Shown: positions 43,094-52,912 of the stretch, piece by piece
Position numbering within the stretch: position 1 is the first letter of the stretch
Layout: every line of letters starts with the position of its first letter
Sequence record: MH243438.1
From: Escherichia phage vB_EcoM_NBG1
Length of the DNA stretch: 64,000 nucleotides
Strand: one strand, 5' to 3'
Program-made: the position numbers and the translations under genes
The notes under the pieces: generated by a model
What the model saw: only the letters and a program-made list of their open reading frames with translations
What the model was told of the DNA's origin: nothing
The model's database searches: none

Positions 43094-44662
43094 ATGACTA
43101 CTATCAAAACTAAAGCTCAGCTCGTAGACAAATGGAAAGAACTGCTGGAAGGTGAAGGCCTGCCGGAAATCGCTAATAGCAAGCAGGCTATTATCGCTAA
43201 AATCTTCGAAAACCAGGAAAAAGATTTCGAAGTATCCCCTGAATATAAAGACGAGAAAATCGCTCAGGCATTTGGTTCTTTCTTGACCGAAGCTGAAATT
43301 GGTGGTGACCATGGTTATAATGCTCAGAACATCGCAGCGGGTCAAACCTCTGGTGCAGTAACCCAAATTGGGCCGGCAGTTATGGGTATGGTTCGTCGTG
43401 CTATTCCTAATCTGATCGCTTTTGATATTTGTGGTGTTCAGCCTATGAACAGCCCGACCGGTCAGGTATTTGCTCTCCGTGCAGTATATGGTAAAGACCC
43501 TATCGCTGCTGGCGCTAAAGAAGCTTTCCATCCGATGTATGCTCCAGATGCGATGTTCTCTGGTCAGGGTGCTGCTAAGAAATTCCCAGCTCTGGCTGCT
43601 GACACTACTACTGTTGTAGGTGATATCTATACTCACTTCTTCCAAGAAACTGGTACTGTATATCTGCAAGCTTCTGCTGTCGTAACACTTGATTCTGGTG
43701 CAACTGATGCAGCTAAATTAGATGCAGAAGTTAAGAAACAAATGGAAGCTGGTGCACTGGTAGAAATCGCTGAAGGTATGGCTACTTCTATCGCTGAACT
43801 CCAGGAAGGTTTCAACGGTTCTACCGATAACCCATGGAATGAAATGGGCTTCCGTATCGATAAACAAGTTATTGAAGCTAAATCTCGCCAGCTGAAAGCT
43901 GCTTACTCTATCGAATTAGCACAAGACCTCCGTGCAGTACACGGTATGGATGCTGATGCTGAACTGAGCGGTATTCTTGCTACTGAAATTATGCTGGAAA
44001 TCAACCGTGAAGTTGTTGATTGGATTAACTACTCGGCACAGGTTGGTAAATCTGGTATGACCCTGACTCCGGGTTCTAAAGCTGGTGTATTTGACTTCCA
44101 GGACCCGATTGATATCCGTGGTGCTCGTTGGGCCGGTGAAAGCTTTAAATCTCTGTTGTTCCAGATTGATAAAGAAGCAGTTGAAATTGCTCGTCAAACC
44201 GGTCGTGGTGAAGGTAACTTCATTATCGCTTCCCGTAACGTAGTTAACGTACTGGCTTCAGTTGATACTGGTATTTCTTACGCTGCACAGGGTCTGGCTT
44301 CTGGTTTTAATACCGACACTACTAAGTCTGTATTTGCCGGTGTACTTGGTGGTAAATACCGCGTATACATCGACCAGTATGCTAAACAGGATTACTTCAC
44401 CGTTGGTTACAAAGGCGCTAACGAAATGGATGCAGGTATTTACTATGCTCCTTACGTTGCACTTACCCCACTGCGTGGTTCTGATCCTAAGAACTTCCAG
44501 CCGGTAATGGGCTTTAAAACTCGTTACGGTATCGGTGTTAACCCGTTTGCTGAAAGTTCCCTGCAGGCTCCAGGTGCTCGCATCCAGTCCGGTATGCCGT
44601 CTATCCTGAACAGCCTTGGTAAGAACGCTTACTTCCGCCGTGTATATGTAAAAGGCATCTAA
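43094..44662 (+). CDS. 23: major capsid protein gp23
   Basis: 522 aa, near-identical to recalled T4 gp23. Confidence 0.95.
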   Translation: MTTIKTKAQLVDKWKELLEGEGLPEIANSKQAIIAKIFENQEKDFEVSPEYKDEKIAQAFGSFLTEAEIGGDHGYNAQNIAAGQTSGAVTQIGPAVMGMVRRAIPNLIAFDICGVQPMNSPTGQVFALRAVYGKDPIAAGAKEAFHPMYAPDAMFSGQGAAKKFPALAADTTTVVGDIYTHFFQETGTVYLQASAVVTLDSGATDAAKLDAEVKKQMEAGALVEIAEGMATSIAELQEGFNGSTDNPWNEMGFRIDKQVIEAKSRQLKAAYSIELAQDLRAVHGMDADAELSGILATEIMLEINREVVDWINYSAQVGKSGMTLTPGSKAGVFDFQDPIDIRGARWAGESFKSLLFQIDKEAVEIARQTGRGEGNFIIASRNVVNVLASVDTGISYAAQGLASGFNTDTTKSVFAGVLGGKYRVYIDQYAKQDYFTVGYKGANEMDAGIYYAPYVALTPLRGSDPKNFQPVMGFKTRYGIGVNPFAESSLQAPGARIQSGMPSILNSLGKNAYFRRVYVKGI

Positions 44663-44686
44663 TCTTAATTGATTAAATCTTATTTT

Positions 44687-44711
44687 GGGAGACTTCGGTC
44701 TCCCATTTTTG
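44687..44711 (+). terminator. rho-independent terminator GGGAGAC-uucg-GUCUCCC then AUUUUUGG
   Basis: 7-bp stem with UUCG tetraloop and T-run after the gp23 stop. Confidence 0.7.
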
Positions 44712-44714
44712 GTT

Positions 44715-44984
44715 TTATTTCTGTGCAATTTCGATGTAAGTTTTCAAAATATTTTGCCAATTAGGCATACCTTCTTGGACATATGCTGGAGAACCGTCTT
44801 TGTTTTTGAATGATGCAAGTTTATCAGTGGCCCAATAACCTTTAGCTCGAGCTTCAGAATCAACTTTCATCCATACTTTGTTGAAGGCATTACCATTAAC
44901 TTTTGCACCGTATTTTTCTACTAACTTAACTGCTTCAGCTTCCAGAACTTTTAAAGTATCTCGTAAGAAACGTGCTTTAGTCAT
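44715..44984 (-). CDS. hypothetical protein (89 aa) between genes 23 and 24
   Basis: ATG with SD GAGGAG; driven by a cassette copy; occupies the slot where T4 carries segD. Confidence 0.55.
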   Translation of the reverse strand: MTKARFLRDTLKVLEAEAVKLVEKYGAKVNGNAFNKVWMKVDSEARAKGYWATDKLASFKNKDGSPAYVQEGMPNWQNILKTYIEIAQK

Positions 44985-45044
44985 TTTGTTTACTCCTCTG
45001 TAGTTGATAAGTCTATAGTATCACATACCAAATACGTTGTAAAC
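44985..45044 (-). promoter_or_regulatory. early promoter/stem-loop cassette (exact 44-nt repeat of the 9402-9445 copy)
   Basis: Identical 44-nt string; -35 GTTTAC at ~45039-45044. Confidence 0.55.
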
Positions 45045-45050
45045 AATCTT

Positions 45051-45058
45051 TATAAATA
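45051..45058 (+). promoter_or_regulatory. late promoter TATAAATA for gene 24
   Basis: Exact TATAAATA ~28 nt upstream of the gp24 ATG, 7 nt from the minus-strand -35. Confidence 0.65.
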
Positions 45059-45085
45059 ATCTATATCACATAAGGAAAAAATGCA

Positions 45086-46369
45086 ATGAGTAAAATCCAA
45101 AAATTATTGCGTGAATCTACAACGTCTACTAGCAACTCAATCGGTCGCCCAAATCTCGTTGCTTTGACTCGCGCTACGACTAAATTAATATATTCTGACA
45201 TTGTAGCAACACAAAGAACTAATCAACCTGTTGCTGCTTTTTATGGTATCAAATATCTTAACCCAGACAACGAATTAACATTTAAAACTGGTGCTACTTA
45301 TGCAGGTGAAGCTGGATATGTAGACCGAGAAAAAATTACCGAACTCACAGAAGAATCAAAAGTCACATTAAATAAAGGCGATTTTTTCAAATATAATAAT
45401 ATCGTCTATAAAGTGTTAGAAGATACGCCATTTGCAGATATTCAAGAAAGTGATCTAGAATTAGCTCTTCAGATTGCAGTCGTTCATTTAAAGGTACGGT
45501 TATTTTCAGATGCAGCGGTAACAAGCAAATTTGAAAGCTCTGGTAGCGAAATTTCTGATGCAAGATTCCAGATTAATAAATGGCAAACTTCAGTCAAATC
45601 TCGTAAACTTAAAACCGGCCTCACGGTTGAATTAGCGCAAGATTTGGAAGCGAATGGATTTGATGCCCCTAACTTCTTAGAAGATTTGCTTGCTACTGAA
45701 ATGGCTGATGAAATTAATAAAGATATTCTTCAGTCTTTAATTACTGTATCGAAACGTTATAAAGTTACTGGAATTACTGATACCGGATTTATTGACTTGA
45801 GCTATGCGTCTGCTCCAGAAGCAGGTCGTTCATTATACCGAATGGTATGCGAAATGGTTTCGCATATCCAAAAAGAGTCAACTTATACTGCAACGTTTTG
45901 CGTAGCCTCAGCTCGTGCAGCTGCTATTCTTGCTGCTTCTGGTTGGTTAAAACATAAGCCAGAAGATGACAAGTATCTTTCACAAAATGCTTATGGATTC
46001 TTGGCAAATGGATTACCTCTTTACTGCGATACCAACAGTCCGTTAGATTATGTTATTGTGGGTGTTGTAGAAAATATCGGCGAAAAAGAAATTGTAGGGT
46101 CCATCTTTTATGCTCCATACACTGAAGGAGTAGATTTAGATGACCCGGAACATGTTGGTGCATTTAAAGTTGTAGTTGATCCAGAAAGCTTGCAACCGTC
46201 TATCGGATTATTGGTTAGATATGCTTTATCAGCAAATCCTTACACAGTAGCAAAAGACGAAAAAGAAGCGAGAGTAATTGATGGCGGGGACATGGATAAA
46301 ATGGCAGGACGTTCAGACTTGTCTGTTTTACTCGGTGTTAAATTGCCTAAAATTATTATAGATGAATAA
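45086..46369 (+). CDS. 24: head vertex protein gp24
   Basis: 427 aa, same as T4 gp24; gp23 paralog. Confidence 0.93.
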   Translation: MSKIQKLLRESTTSTSNSIGRPNLVALTRATTKLIYSDIVATQRTNQPVAAFYGIKYLNPDNELTFKTGATYAGEAGYVDREKITELTEESKVTLNKGDFFKYNNIVYKVLEDTPFADIQESDLELALQIAVVHLKVRLFSDAAVTSKFESSGSEISDARFQINKWQTSVKSRKLKTGLTVELAQDLEANGFDAPNFLEDLLATEMADEINKDILQSLITVSKRYKVTGITDTGFIDLSYASAPEAGRSLYRMVCEMVSHIQKESTYTATFCVASARAAAILAASGWLKHKPEDDKYLSQNAYGFLANGLPLYCDTNSPLDYVIVGVVENIGEKEIVGSIFYAPYTEGVDLDDPEHVGAFKVVVDPESLQPSIGLLVRYALSANPYTVAKDEKEARVIDGGDMDKMAGRSDLSVLLGVKLPKIIIDE

Positions 46370-46372
46370 ACG

Positions 46373-46398
46373 AAAAAGGGACCGTAAGGTCCCTTTTT
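46373..46398. terminator. bidirectional terminator AAAAA-GGGACC-guaa-GGUCCC-UUUUU
   Basis: Perfect 6-bp stem flanked by A-run and T-run between convergent genes 24 and rnlB. Confidence 0.7.
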
Positions 46399-46400
46399 CG

Positions 46401-47399
46401 TTATGATACTAATTCAATCCATGCAGGACGCAGAACATCTTGCACCATTCGGACTAATTCTTTCTTAACAAGATTCGGATTATCGGATGATGTTAATACA
46501 ATACCTTCACGAGAAGTTTCTTCCAGAATATCTTGAACAGTCAATCCCATCACTTTGCCAAAATCTTTTGGCGTTACAGTCCCAATCTTAGAAATCACAT
46601 TATTAACACGATTTAATGTAACATAACAAGCTAGAACATCAAGCAAGTTTTTGTCAATTTCGGTTAATGGAACCTGAGTTTTAATAGGCTTATCAGACTT
46701 TTTCTTTTCACTGAATTTAGAGTTCTTGCACTTAATAGCTACACGAGTACCGTTTGGCAGCCATTTAGGGAAACAAGGCTTCAGAACATAACCTTCTGCT
46801 GTATTATCGCCAATAACATTAGCATCAAATACACAATTATTTGCTTCTACAAGGTCTTCTGACGCAGTAGCATTATAAGCGGCTAAGACGGAATCAAGGT
46901 CATTTGGAATCGTGATAAGAGCATCGAATGTTCCACGACCGAGCATTGGTGCCATTTTAAAACCGAATTCATTACAGAAATCTTGCATTTCGTAATCGGT
47001 CAAATACGTATTATCACCACTTTCTGTATTGATAAGGATATCGAACACATAAAAATCTTTTTCACCGTAGTCAACACCTTTCTGGATTCCACCACCAGCG
47101 AATTCACCGAATACTTGATATGATACGGCTCGAGCTGTGTACATGAATTCCTGAACGGCTTTAATAGCTTTATCATACTTCTTAAGTACGATTTCATAAC
47201 CATAAAAATCTTCTGCTGGAAGAATAGGGCCTGTGCGCTTGGCGCATGTGACGTTGTCACGTTCAATTATTAACGAGAAGTTAGTCCCATGGATTTTCTC
47301 ACGTGCTACCCAAACACCAGTAGTCAAACCATTAGTGTAGAGTTTTTCAATAACCTTAGAGTTGTAGTGGTTTTCAAGACTGCTGTATTTCTTAAACAT
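46401..47399 (-). CDS. rnlB: RNA ligase 2
   Basis: 332 aa, near-identical to recalled T4 Rnl2 ([15 protein letters not shown]...EKIHGTNFS). Confidence 0.93.
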   Translation of the reverse strand: MFKKYSSLENHYNSKVIEKLYTNGLTTGVWVAREKIHGTNFSLIIERDNVTCAKRTGPILPAEDFYGYEIVLKKYDKAIKAVQEFMYTARAVSYQVFGEFAGGGIQKGVDYGEKDFYVFDILINTESGDNTYLTDYEMQDFCNEFGFKMAPMLGRGTFDALITIPNDLDSVLAAYNATASEDLVEANNCVFDANVIGDNTAEGYVLKPCFPKWLPNGTRVAIKCKNSKFSEKKKSDKPIKTQVPLTEIDKNLLDVLACYVTLNRVNNVISKIGTVTPKDFGKVMGLTVQDILEETSREGIVLTSSDNPNLVKKELVRMVQDVLRPAWIELVS

Positions 47400-47490
47400 A
47401 AATCACCATTATAAATAATAATATCAAAATAATTAGCAGAGACTCTATCTCCGACCCGATGTTTAATTTGAATGGATAGAACCTAGATTC

Positions 47491-47517
47491 ATTATACCAT
47501 CAAAAAATGTAAAGCAT
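47491..47517 (-). promoter_or_regulatory. T4 middle-type promoter (MotA box ATGCTTTA, 13-nt spacer, TATAAT)
   Basis: Minus-strand: ATATGCTTTACATTTTTTGATGGTATAATG. Confidence 0.45.
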
Positions 47518-47518
47518 A

Positions 47519-47770
47519 TTAGAACTTGATTTCTATCCAATGACCATCACGCTGGTCGTGATTAATTTTGTACTGAAAGCCGTTATCACGAAGCCATTGA
47601 CCGACTTGTTCAGTTATAGTTAAATCGTTCTTTGACGGGTAGTACGTGAATTGTGTCTGGCCTTTGTCAGCGGCTTTCTCTGCCATCACAGAGAAGTTAG
47701 TAATAAAATCACTCAACAAATTAGCTTTAGTGGCCAGTGCCCTTTCTCTTAATTCCTGTGCAAAACTCAT
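47519..47770 (-). CDS. hypothetical protein (T4 24.2 position)
   Basis: 83 aa; synteny between rnlB and hoc. Confidence 0.55.
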   Translation of the reverse strand: MSFAQELRERALATKANLLSDFITNFSVMAEKAADKGQTQFTYYPSKNDLTITEQVGQWLRDNGFQYKINHDQRDGHWIEIKF

Positions 47771-47961
47771 TTCTTCACCTTTTTGTTAATCAAACGTTTA
47801 CGGTATACAACTTTTTCTTTTGCTTTAAACTTTGACCGAGCTGTCTCGGCTTTAGTCCATAGTAATCCAACTTCTTTAGGTTGTAAACCAATTTTTTGAG
47901 CAATTTCTACGAATGAAAATCCCGCCTCATGTAATGTATAAACTTCAACTTCAGCTCTCAT
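47767..47961 (-). CDS. hypothetical protein (T4 24.3 position)
   Basis: Start moved to ATG 47961 (MRAEVEV); the track start is TTG. Confidence 0.55.
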   Translation of the reverse strand: MRAEVEVYTLHEAGFSFVEIAQKIGLQPKEVGLLWTKAETARSKFKAKEKVVYRKRLINKKVKK

Positions 47962-48025
47962 AATCAATCCCGTATTATTTGGTTTGTGCCATTATATACA
48001 TCAATCTCAAGTTGTGTTTTGTATG

Positions 48026-48056
48026 CTTTAAAAACGAAGAAAGGGGCCGAAGCCCC
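48026..48056 (-). terminator. rho-independent terminator AGGGGC-uucg-GCCCCU then U-rich tract
   Basis: 6-bp stem with UUCG tetraloop followed by UUUCUUCGUUUUU just after the hoc stop. Confidence 0.65.
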
Positions 48057-48062
48057 TTACGA

Positions 48063-49193
48063 TTATGGATATGTATAGATGATACCAGTTTCCAAAGCAG
48101 TTTTATGGATGATGTATCCATTACGTGATTCTTGAACATCAACTTCCGGATAGTCTTTCATCATCTTCTGAAGAGTGTAACGATGCAGGTAGTATTTACT
48201 ATCTGGATCTTCAGTTTTCCAATCTTTACCTTCTTCAGTCATTTTTTGGATTTCATCCATAACCCACCATCCGCACCAGATGTAAGCTGAAGTACGATGT
48301 GGAAGAGGATGAACATAAGGTAATTCACCTTCTGGTTCCGGAGCAACTTTATCAGTTACCTGAACTTGACCTTCTGCTGTAATAGTTTTGCTATCGTAAT
48401 CAGTTGCAGTAATAGTTGCAGTAACTTCAATAGTTTGACTTCCAATAGACGAGGTATCAACGGTATATACATTAGTTGACCCTTCTACAGGAGAAGAATC
48501 TTTCTTCCATGAATACGCAATTTGCGCTTCTTCTGGAGCATCAGTGACATTAGCGGTAAATGTAGCCGAAGCATCTTGCTGAACGTTAATAGAAGGAGGA
48601 GTCAATGTAACCTGTGGATTCATTGTCTTCTTATTAACCGTTAATGATACTTCATTCGAAGTAACTTCCTTTGCATCATAATCTGTCGCGGTTACTTGGG
48701 CTACACATTTAATTCTTTTTACTCCACTTGCAGTTGGAGTATAGCTAAATGTAGAGTTAGTTTCTCCACCAACCTGTGAATCATCTACATACCACTGATA
48801 CGTAGCAGATGCGCCTGATGGCTGCGAAGCCAAAGCAGCGGTAAATTCAACAGCTGTTCCAATCACTCCAGCCGCAGGACTAGCAGGAGTTACGGCTAAG
48901 GTAGTCGTCTGTGTCTTATTTTGAACTGTGATAGTCGTAGTAATTTCTGCTGTTTCAGCGTCAGTATCAGGAATAGTATTTGTTGCAACAACTTTAATTG
49001 TTTTTGTTCCAGCAGGTCCTTTTAACACGTAATCAAAAGTTTCTGCCGATCCTACTTGAGGAGCATCGTCTACACTCCATGCATAGGTAATAGTTCCACC
49101 TTCAGTTTGACCACTGGGTGCAGCAGTAAACTGCTTAGTCTCATCTATAACTCCAGTAGGTGTTTTAGGAGTTATATCAACTGTAAAAGCCAT
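48063..49193 (-). CDS. hoc: highly immunogenic outer capsid protein
   Basis: 376 aa; three Ig-like repeats and C-terminal capsid-binding region; near-identical to recalled T4 Hoc. Confidence 0.93.
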   Translation of the reverse strand: MAFTVDITPKTPTGVIDETKQFTAAPSGQTEGGTITYAWSVDDAPQVGSAETFDYVLKGPAGTKTIKVVATNTIPDTDAETAEITTTITVQNKTQTTTLAVTPASPAAGVIGTAVEFTAALASQPSGASATYQWYVDDSQVGGETNSTFSYTPTASGVKRIKCVAQVTATDYDAKEVTSNEVSLTVNKKTMNPQVTLTPPSINVQQDASATFTANVTDAPEEAQIAYSWKKDSSPVEGSTNVYTVDTSSIGSQTIEVTATITATDYDSKTITAEGQVQVTDKVAPEPEGELPYVHPLPHRTSAYIWCGWWVMDEIQKMTEEGKDWKTEDPDSKYYLHRYTLQKMMKDYPEVDVQESRNGYIIHKTALETGIIYTYP

Positions 49194-49202
49194 AAGTTAT
49201 CC

Positions 49203-49871
49203 TTATTTTAATGTTACGAAAGAAGAATTACGAGTTTCACGAATTAGAACTGATCCATCGCGATTAATATAATAAATTAAGCTAAATAATGTTTGGTGAG
49301 CAGAAGCGTGCACAAAACTGGTTGGGCGAGATTTCCAATCTGGGGTTTCGGCTATCCATTGATAAATCCACCAAGGAACAGTAACATATCCTGGGCCTTT
49401 GCCTAATTTAATGAGTGTAGGACTAAAATTTTCAGGCAGAACAAATTTTACTTCTTTATTTACCTCTGGCTCAGGTTCTTTTTCAGATTCAACAACCTGA
49501 GTAATTGCTTCTTCGAATTTATCATGGTCGAATTCTTTTTCTTGTTCGACAACTTCTAATACTTCAGCTTGTTCTGTTGGAGAATCAAACAACAGAATAG
49601 CTTCTTCTTTAACTTCTTCGTTGGTGAAATTAACACCGTCCACATCATCTGCGGCAGTAATTAAATCGGTGATAGATAATCCATCAGTTTCAGGTAATGG
49701 TTCATCAGCCAGTGCGTTAAGAGCTTCTTCGATATCAATAACAATATTATCGAATGATTTTGTTTTCTTAACACTAATGCCAAATTGTTCCGCATATTCA
49801 AACAGTTTAGCTTTGGCTTCCTTTTTATCAGAAAGAGCACGTAACTCTTCAATATAGTCTTTATCGATCAT
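49203..49871 (-). CDS. inh: prohead protease inhibitor Inh
   Basis: 222 aa, position next to hoc. Confidence 0.8.
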   Translation of the reverse strand: MIDKDYIEELRALSDKKEAKAKLFEYAEQFGISVKKTKSFDNIVIDIEEALNALADEPLPETDGLSITDLITAADDVDGVNFTNEEVKEEAILLFDSPTEQAEVLEVVEQEKEFDHDKFEEAITQVVESEKEPEPEVNKEVKFVLPENFSPTLIKLGKGPGYVTVPWWIYQWIAETPDWKSRPTSFVHASAHQTLFSLIYYINRDGSVLIRETRNSSFVTLK

Positions 49872-49884
49872 GATATTTCCTCAT

Positions 49885-49892
49885 TATAAATA
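49885..49892 (+). promoter_or_regulatory. late promoter TATAAATA upstream of the segE-like gene
   Basis: TATAAATATAACTATA, a 16-nt match to the gene 20 late promoter. Confidence 0.55.
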
Positions 49893-49920
49893 TAACTATA
49901 TTTATTACATGGAAAAGAGT

Positions 49921-50652
49921 ATGTATCACTTTGTTTATGAGACCGTAAATTTAATCAATGGTAAAAAGTACATTGGCAAACATTCTACAGAAAATTTAAA
50001 TGATTCGTATCTAGGGTCAGGTGTTGCCTTAAATCGCGCTATCAAAAAATACGGAGAAGAATCATTTAAACGTTCAATAATTAAACAATTTGAAACTTCC
50101 GCTGAAGCTTTAGAATACGAAGCTCAGTTAGTAACAGAGGATTTGGTCAAATCTAACGAGTATTATAATATGCGCCAAGGCGGTGAAGGTGGAAGGTATA
50201 AGTACACCGAAGCTGATAAGACTAAAATGTCTAATAGTGCTAAAGAACGAATAAAGAGGCTTGGTCATAATCTTTTAGGAAAACACAGATCGGAAGAAAC
50301 AAAAAGAAAACTATCTGAAACAAATAAACGTCGATACTCTGAAGACCCAACATGCCACGGGCGGTATGGTACAGGAAAGCCAAAGATTGATAAAATTAAA
50401 GGTCCTAAAAATCCTACAACTCTAAATAAAATTTGTGTTAACAACGGTAAAGAAAACAGATTTATATCAGCTGAGGACCCGATGCCTGAAGGATTTGTAA
50501 AAGGAATGGTCCAACTTAATAGAAAATCTAGAAAGGGCTGTGAAGTAAAACCTACGACCACCGGCAGAATATGGGTAAATAACGGGGCTATAAATAAATT
50601 AGTAAATCCGTTATCCATCCCAGATGGATATGTTAAAGGCCGTTTAAGGTAA
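49921..50652 (+). CDS. segE: GIY-YIG homing endonuclease (segE-like)
   Basis: N-terminal YHFVYETVNLINGKKYIGKHS GIY-YIG motif; position between inh and uvsW as T4 segE; start ambiguous (49909 or 49921). Confidence 0.7.
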   Translation: MYHFVYETVNLINGKKYIGKHSTENLNDSYLGSGVALNRAIKKYGEESFKRSIIKQFETSAEALEYEAQLVTEDLVKSNEYYNMRQGGEGGRYKYTEADKTKMSNSAKERIKRLGHNLLGKHRSEETKRKLSETNKRRYSEDPTCHGRYGTGKPKIDKIKGPKNPTTLNKICVNNGKENRFISAEDPMPEGFVKGMVQLNRKSRKGCEVKPTTTGRIWVNNGAINKLVNPLSIPDGYVKGRLR

Positions 50653-50657
50653 TTATT

Positions 50658-52172
50658 ATGACAGATATTAAAGTACATTTTCATGATTTTAGCCATGTAA
50701 GAATTGAATGCGACGAAAGCGTGTTCTATGAATTACGCGACTTTTTTAGCTTTGAAGCCGATGGGTACAAATTCAACCCGCGTTACAAATATGGGAACTG
50801 GGATGGTAGAATTAGACTTTTAGATTACAACCGTTTGTTACCATATGGACTTGTAGGACAAATAAAAAAGTTCTGTAGCAATATGAGTTATTCTGTATGG
50901 ATTGACCCTAAAATCTTTGAGACCGAAGACCTTACCAGGGAAGATTTTGACGCATGGCTTTCTAAACAAGAAATTTATTCAGGCAACGCCAAAATCGAAC
51001 CACATTGGTATCAAAAAGATGCAGTATATGAAGGACTAGTTAATCGTCGTCGAATTTTAAACCTTCCGACATCAGCAGGTAAATCACTAATCCAAGCACT
51101 TTTAGCTCGGTATTATCTAGAGAACTATGAAGGTAAAATTCTCATTATCGTCCCTACAACAGCATTGACAACCCAGATGGCTAATGATTTTGTTGATTAT
51201 CGCTTGTTTAGTCATTCGATGATTAAGAAAATTGGCGGTGGTGCTGATAAAGCAGACAAATCTAAAAACGACGCTCCAATTATTGTTGGCACATGGCAAA
51301 CGGTAGTTAAGCAGCCTAAAGAATGGTTCTCTCAGTTCGGTATGATGATGAACGATGAATGCCACTTAGCAACAGGCAAAAGTATTTCTTCAATCATCGC
51401 AGGATTAAATAATTGTATGTTTAAATTCGGTTTATCTGGCTCATTAAGAGACGGAAAGGCCAATGTAATGCAGTACGTAGGTATGTTCGGCGAAATCTTC
51501 CGTCCTGTTAGCACGTCTAAATTAATGGAAGATGGACAGGTAACTGAGCTTAAGATTAATAGTATTTTCCTTCGTTATCCAGACGAATTCGCCACCAAAT
51601 TAAAAGGTAAAACATACCAAGAAGAAGTTAAAATTATTACCGGACTAAAACGACGTACAAAGTGGATTGCTCAACTTTCAGTCAAATTGGCTAAGAAAGA
51701 CGAGAACGCCTTTGTAATGTTTAAACACGTTACACACGGTAAAGAAATATTTGAAGCTATTAAAGAGCTTGGATACGAAAAAGTTTATTACGTATCAGGC
51801 GAAGTTGATACTGAAACACGTAACGCGCTTAAAGTCATGGCAGAAAATGGTAAAGGCATTATTATTGTCGCATCATATGGAGTATTCTCTACCGGTATTT
51901 CAGTCAAGAATCTTCATCATGTTATTTTTGCCCATGGTGTTAAATCAAAAATTATCGTACTTCAAACAGTAGGTCGTGTGCTTCGTAAGCATGGTTCTAA
52001 AGCTGTTGCTACAGTTTGGGATCTCATCGATGACGCAGGTGTAAAACCTAAATCATTAAATACTAAAAAGAAGTATACTCATCTTAATTACTTGTTAAAA
52101 CACGGTATTGATCGTATCCAACGTTACGCTGATGAGAAATTTAACTATGTAATGAAAACAATTAATTTATAA
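50658..52172 (+). CDS. uvsW: DNA/RNA helicase UvsW
   Basis: 504 aa; near-identical N-terminus to recalled T4 UvsW (DIKVHFHDFSHVRI...). Confidence 0.93.
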   Translation: MTDIKVHFHDFSHVRIECDESVFYELRDFFSFEADGYKFNPRYKYGNWDGRIRLLDYNRLLPYGLVGQIKKFCSNMSYSVWIDPKIFETEDLTREDFDAWLSKQEIYSGNAKIEPHWYQKDAVYEGLVNRRRILNLPTSAGKSLIQALLARYYLENYEGKILIIVPTTALTTQMANDFVDYRLFSHSMIKKIGGGADKADKSKNDAPIIVGTWQTVVKQPKEWFSQFGMMMNDECHLATGKSISSIIAGLNNCMFKFGLSGSLRDGKANVMQYVGMFGEIFRPVSTSKLMEDGQVTELKINSIFLRYPDEFATKLKGKTYQEEVKIITGLKRRTKWIAQLSVKLAKKDENAFVMFKHVTHGKEIFEAIKELGYEKVYYVSGEVDTETRNALKVMAENGKGIIIVASYGVFSTGISVKNLHHVIFAHGVKSKIIVLQTVGRVLRKHGSKAVATVWDLIDDAGVKPKSLNTKKKYTHLNYLLKHGIDRIQRYADEKFNYVMKTINL

Positions 52173-52186
52173 GGGCTTCGGCCCTT
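52171..52186 (+). other. hairpin AAGGGC-uucg-GCCCUU between uvsW and uvsW.1
   Basis: 6-bp stem with UUCG tetraloop overlapping the uvsW stop, followed by SD AGGAG. Confidence 0.5.
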
Positions 52187-52197
52187 AGGAGATAAAA

Positions 52198-52428
52198 ATG
52201 GTACTTGAATTTAAACAATTTTTATACGAAGCATCTATTGACGAATTCATGGGTAAAATTGCTAGTTGTCATACCCTAGAAGGGCTTGAAGAATTGGAAG
52301 CTTATTATAAGAAACGTATAAAAGAAACGGAATTAAAAGATACAGATGATATTTCTGTCAGGGATGCCTTAGCAGGTAAGCGTGCCGAACTTGAAGGCGA
52401 TGATGAGGATGTGGAAGAAGACTTCTAA
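52198..52428 (+). CDS. uvsW.1: UvsW.1 protein
   Basis: 76 aa acidic protein after uvsW. Confidence 0.8.
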   Translation: MVLEFKQFLYEASIDEFMGKIASCHTLEGLEELEAYYKKRIKETELKDTDDISVRDALAGKRAELEGDDEDVEEDF

Positions 52429-52430
52429 TT

Positions 52431-52468
52431 AAAAAAAAGGCCCGACCTTTTTGGAAGGGCCAAAAACC
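52431..52468 (-). terminator. terminator for the minus-strand uvsY operon (GGCCC...GGGCC then U8)
   Basis: On the minus strand: GGUUUUUGGCCC-loop-GGGCCUUUUUUUU. Confidence 0.55.
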
Positions 52469-52487
52469 ATAGGCAAAAAAGGTAACA

Positions 52488-52655
52488 CTATAGTAAAAGT
52501 TGGGTTTCGTTCAATTGCTCTTCTGAACTTTCTGAAACCGGCAATTGTTGTACATAATTATAACAAGGACCAGGATGTGCTGGGCCTTTGTCTGTTTCAA
52601 CAACCAATGCAGAATCGATTGGAGTTTTACAGACAACACAAATCTTATCTGACAT
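52488..52655 (-). CDS. small Cys-containing protein (uvsY.-2 position), not in the ORF track
   Basis: ATG 52655 after AGGAGG; translation MSDKICVVCKTPIDSALVVETDKGPAHPGPCYNYVQQLPVSESSEEQLNETQLLL; CxxC...PC zinc-ribbon-like. Confidence 0.5.
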   Translation of the reverse strand: MSDKICVVCKTPIDSALVVETDKGPAHPGPCYNYVQQLPVSESSEEQLNETQLLL

Positions 52656-52687
52656 GATTGCCTCCTAAGTTGAAATTACATATCTAT

Positions 52688-52912
52688 TTATACAACTCTC
52701 ATATGCATATCAATGCCCATATCTTTAGAATAAAAATATTCATCAAGATATCCGGCAAATTTTCCTTTAATATAAAGGACATCTTCACCACACGGATGGT
52801 CTGCCAGGATACGAATATCCTGACGACGTAGACGATACTTTTCCATTAGGAATTTAATTTCAGTTTCAAATTCTTCGTCATTATTAAAGGCATCTTCAAT
52901 TGAATAACGCAT
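52688..52912 (-). CDS. hypothetical protein (uvsY.-1 position)
   Basis: 74 aa; immediately downstream of uvsY. Confidence 0.6.
   Translation of the reverse strand: MRYSIEDAFNNDEEFETEIKFLMEKYRLRRQDIRILADHPCGEDVLYIKGKFAGYLDEYFYSKDMGIDMHMRVV

Noticed and set aside
47411-47418. Plus-strand TATAAATA just upstream of the rnlB start
   Set aside because: No plus-strand gene lies downstream for more than 2 kb; likely a chance match in AT-rich DNA.
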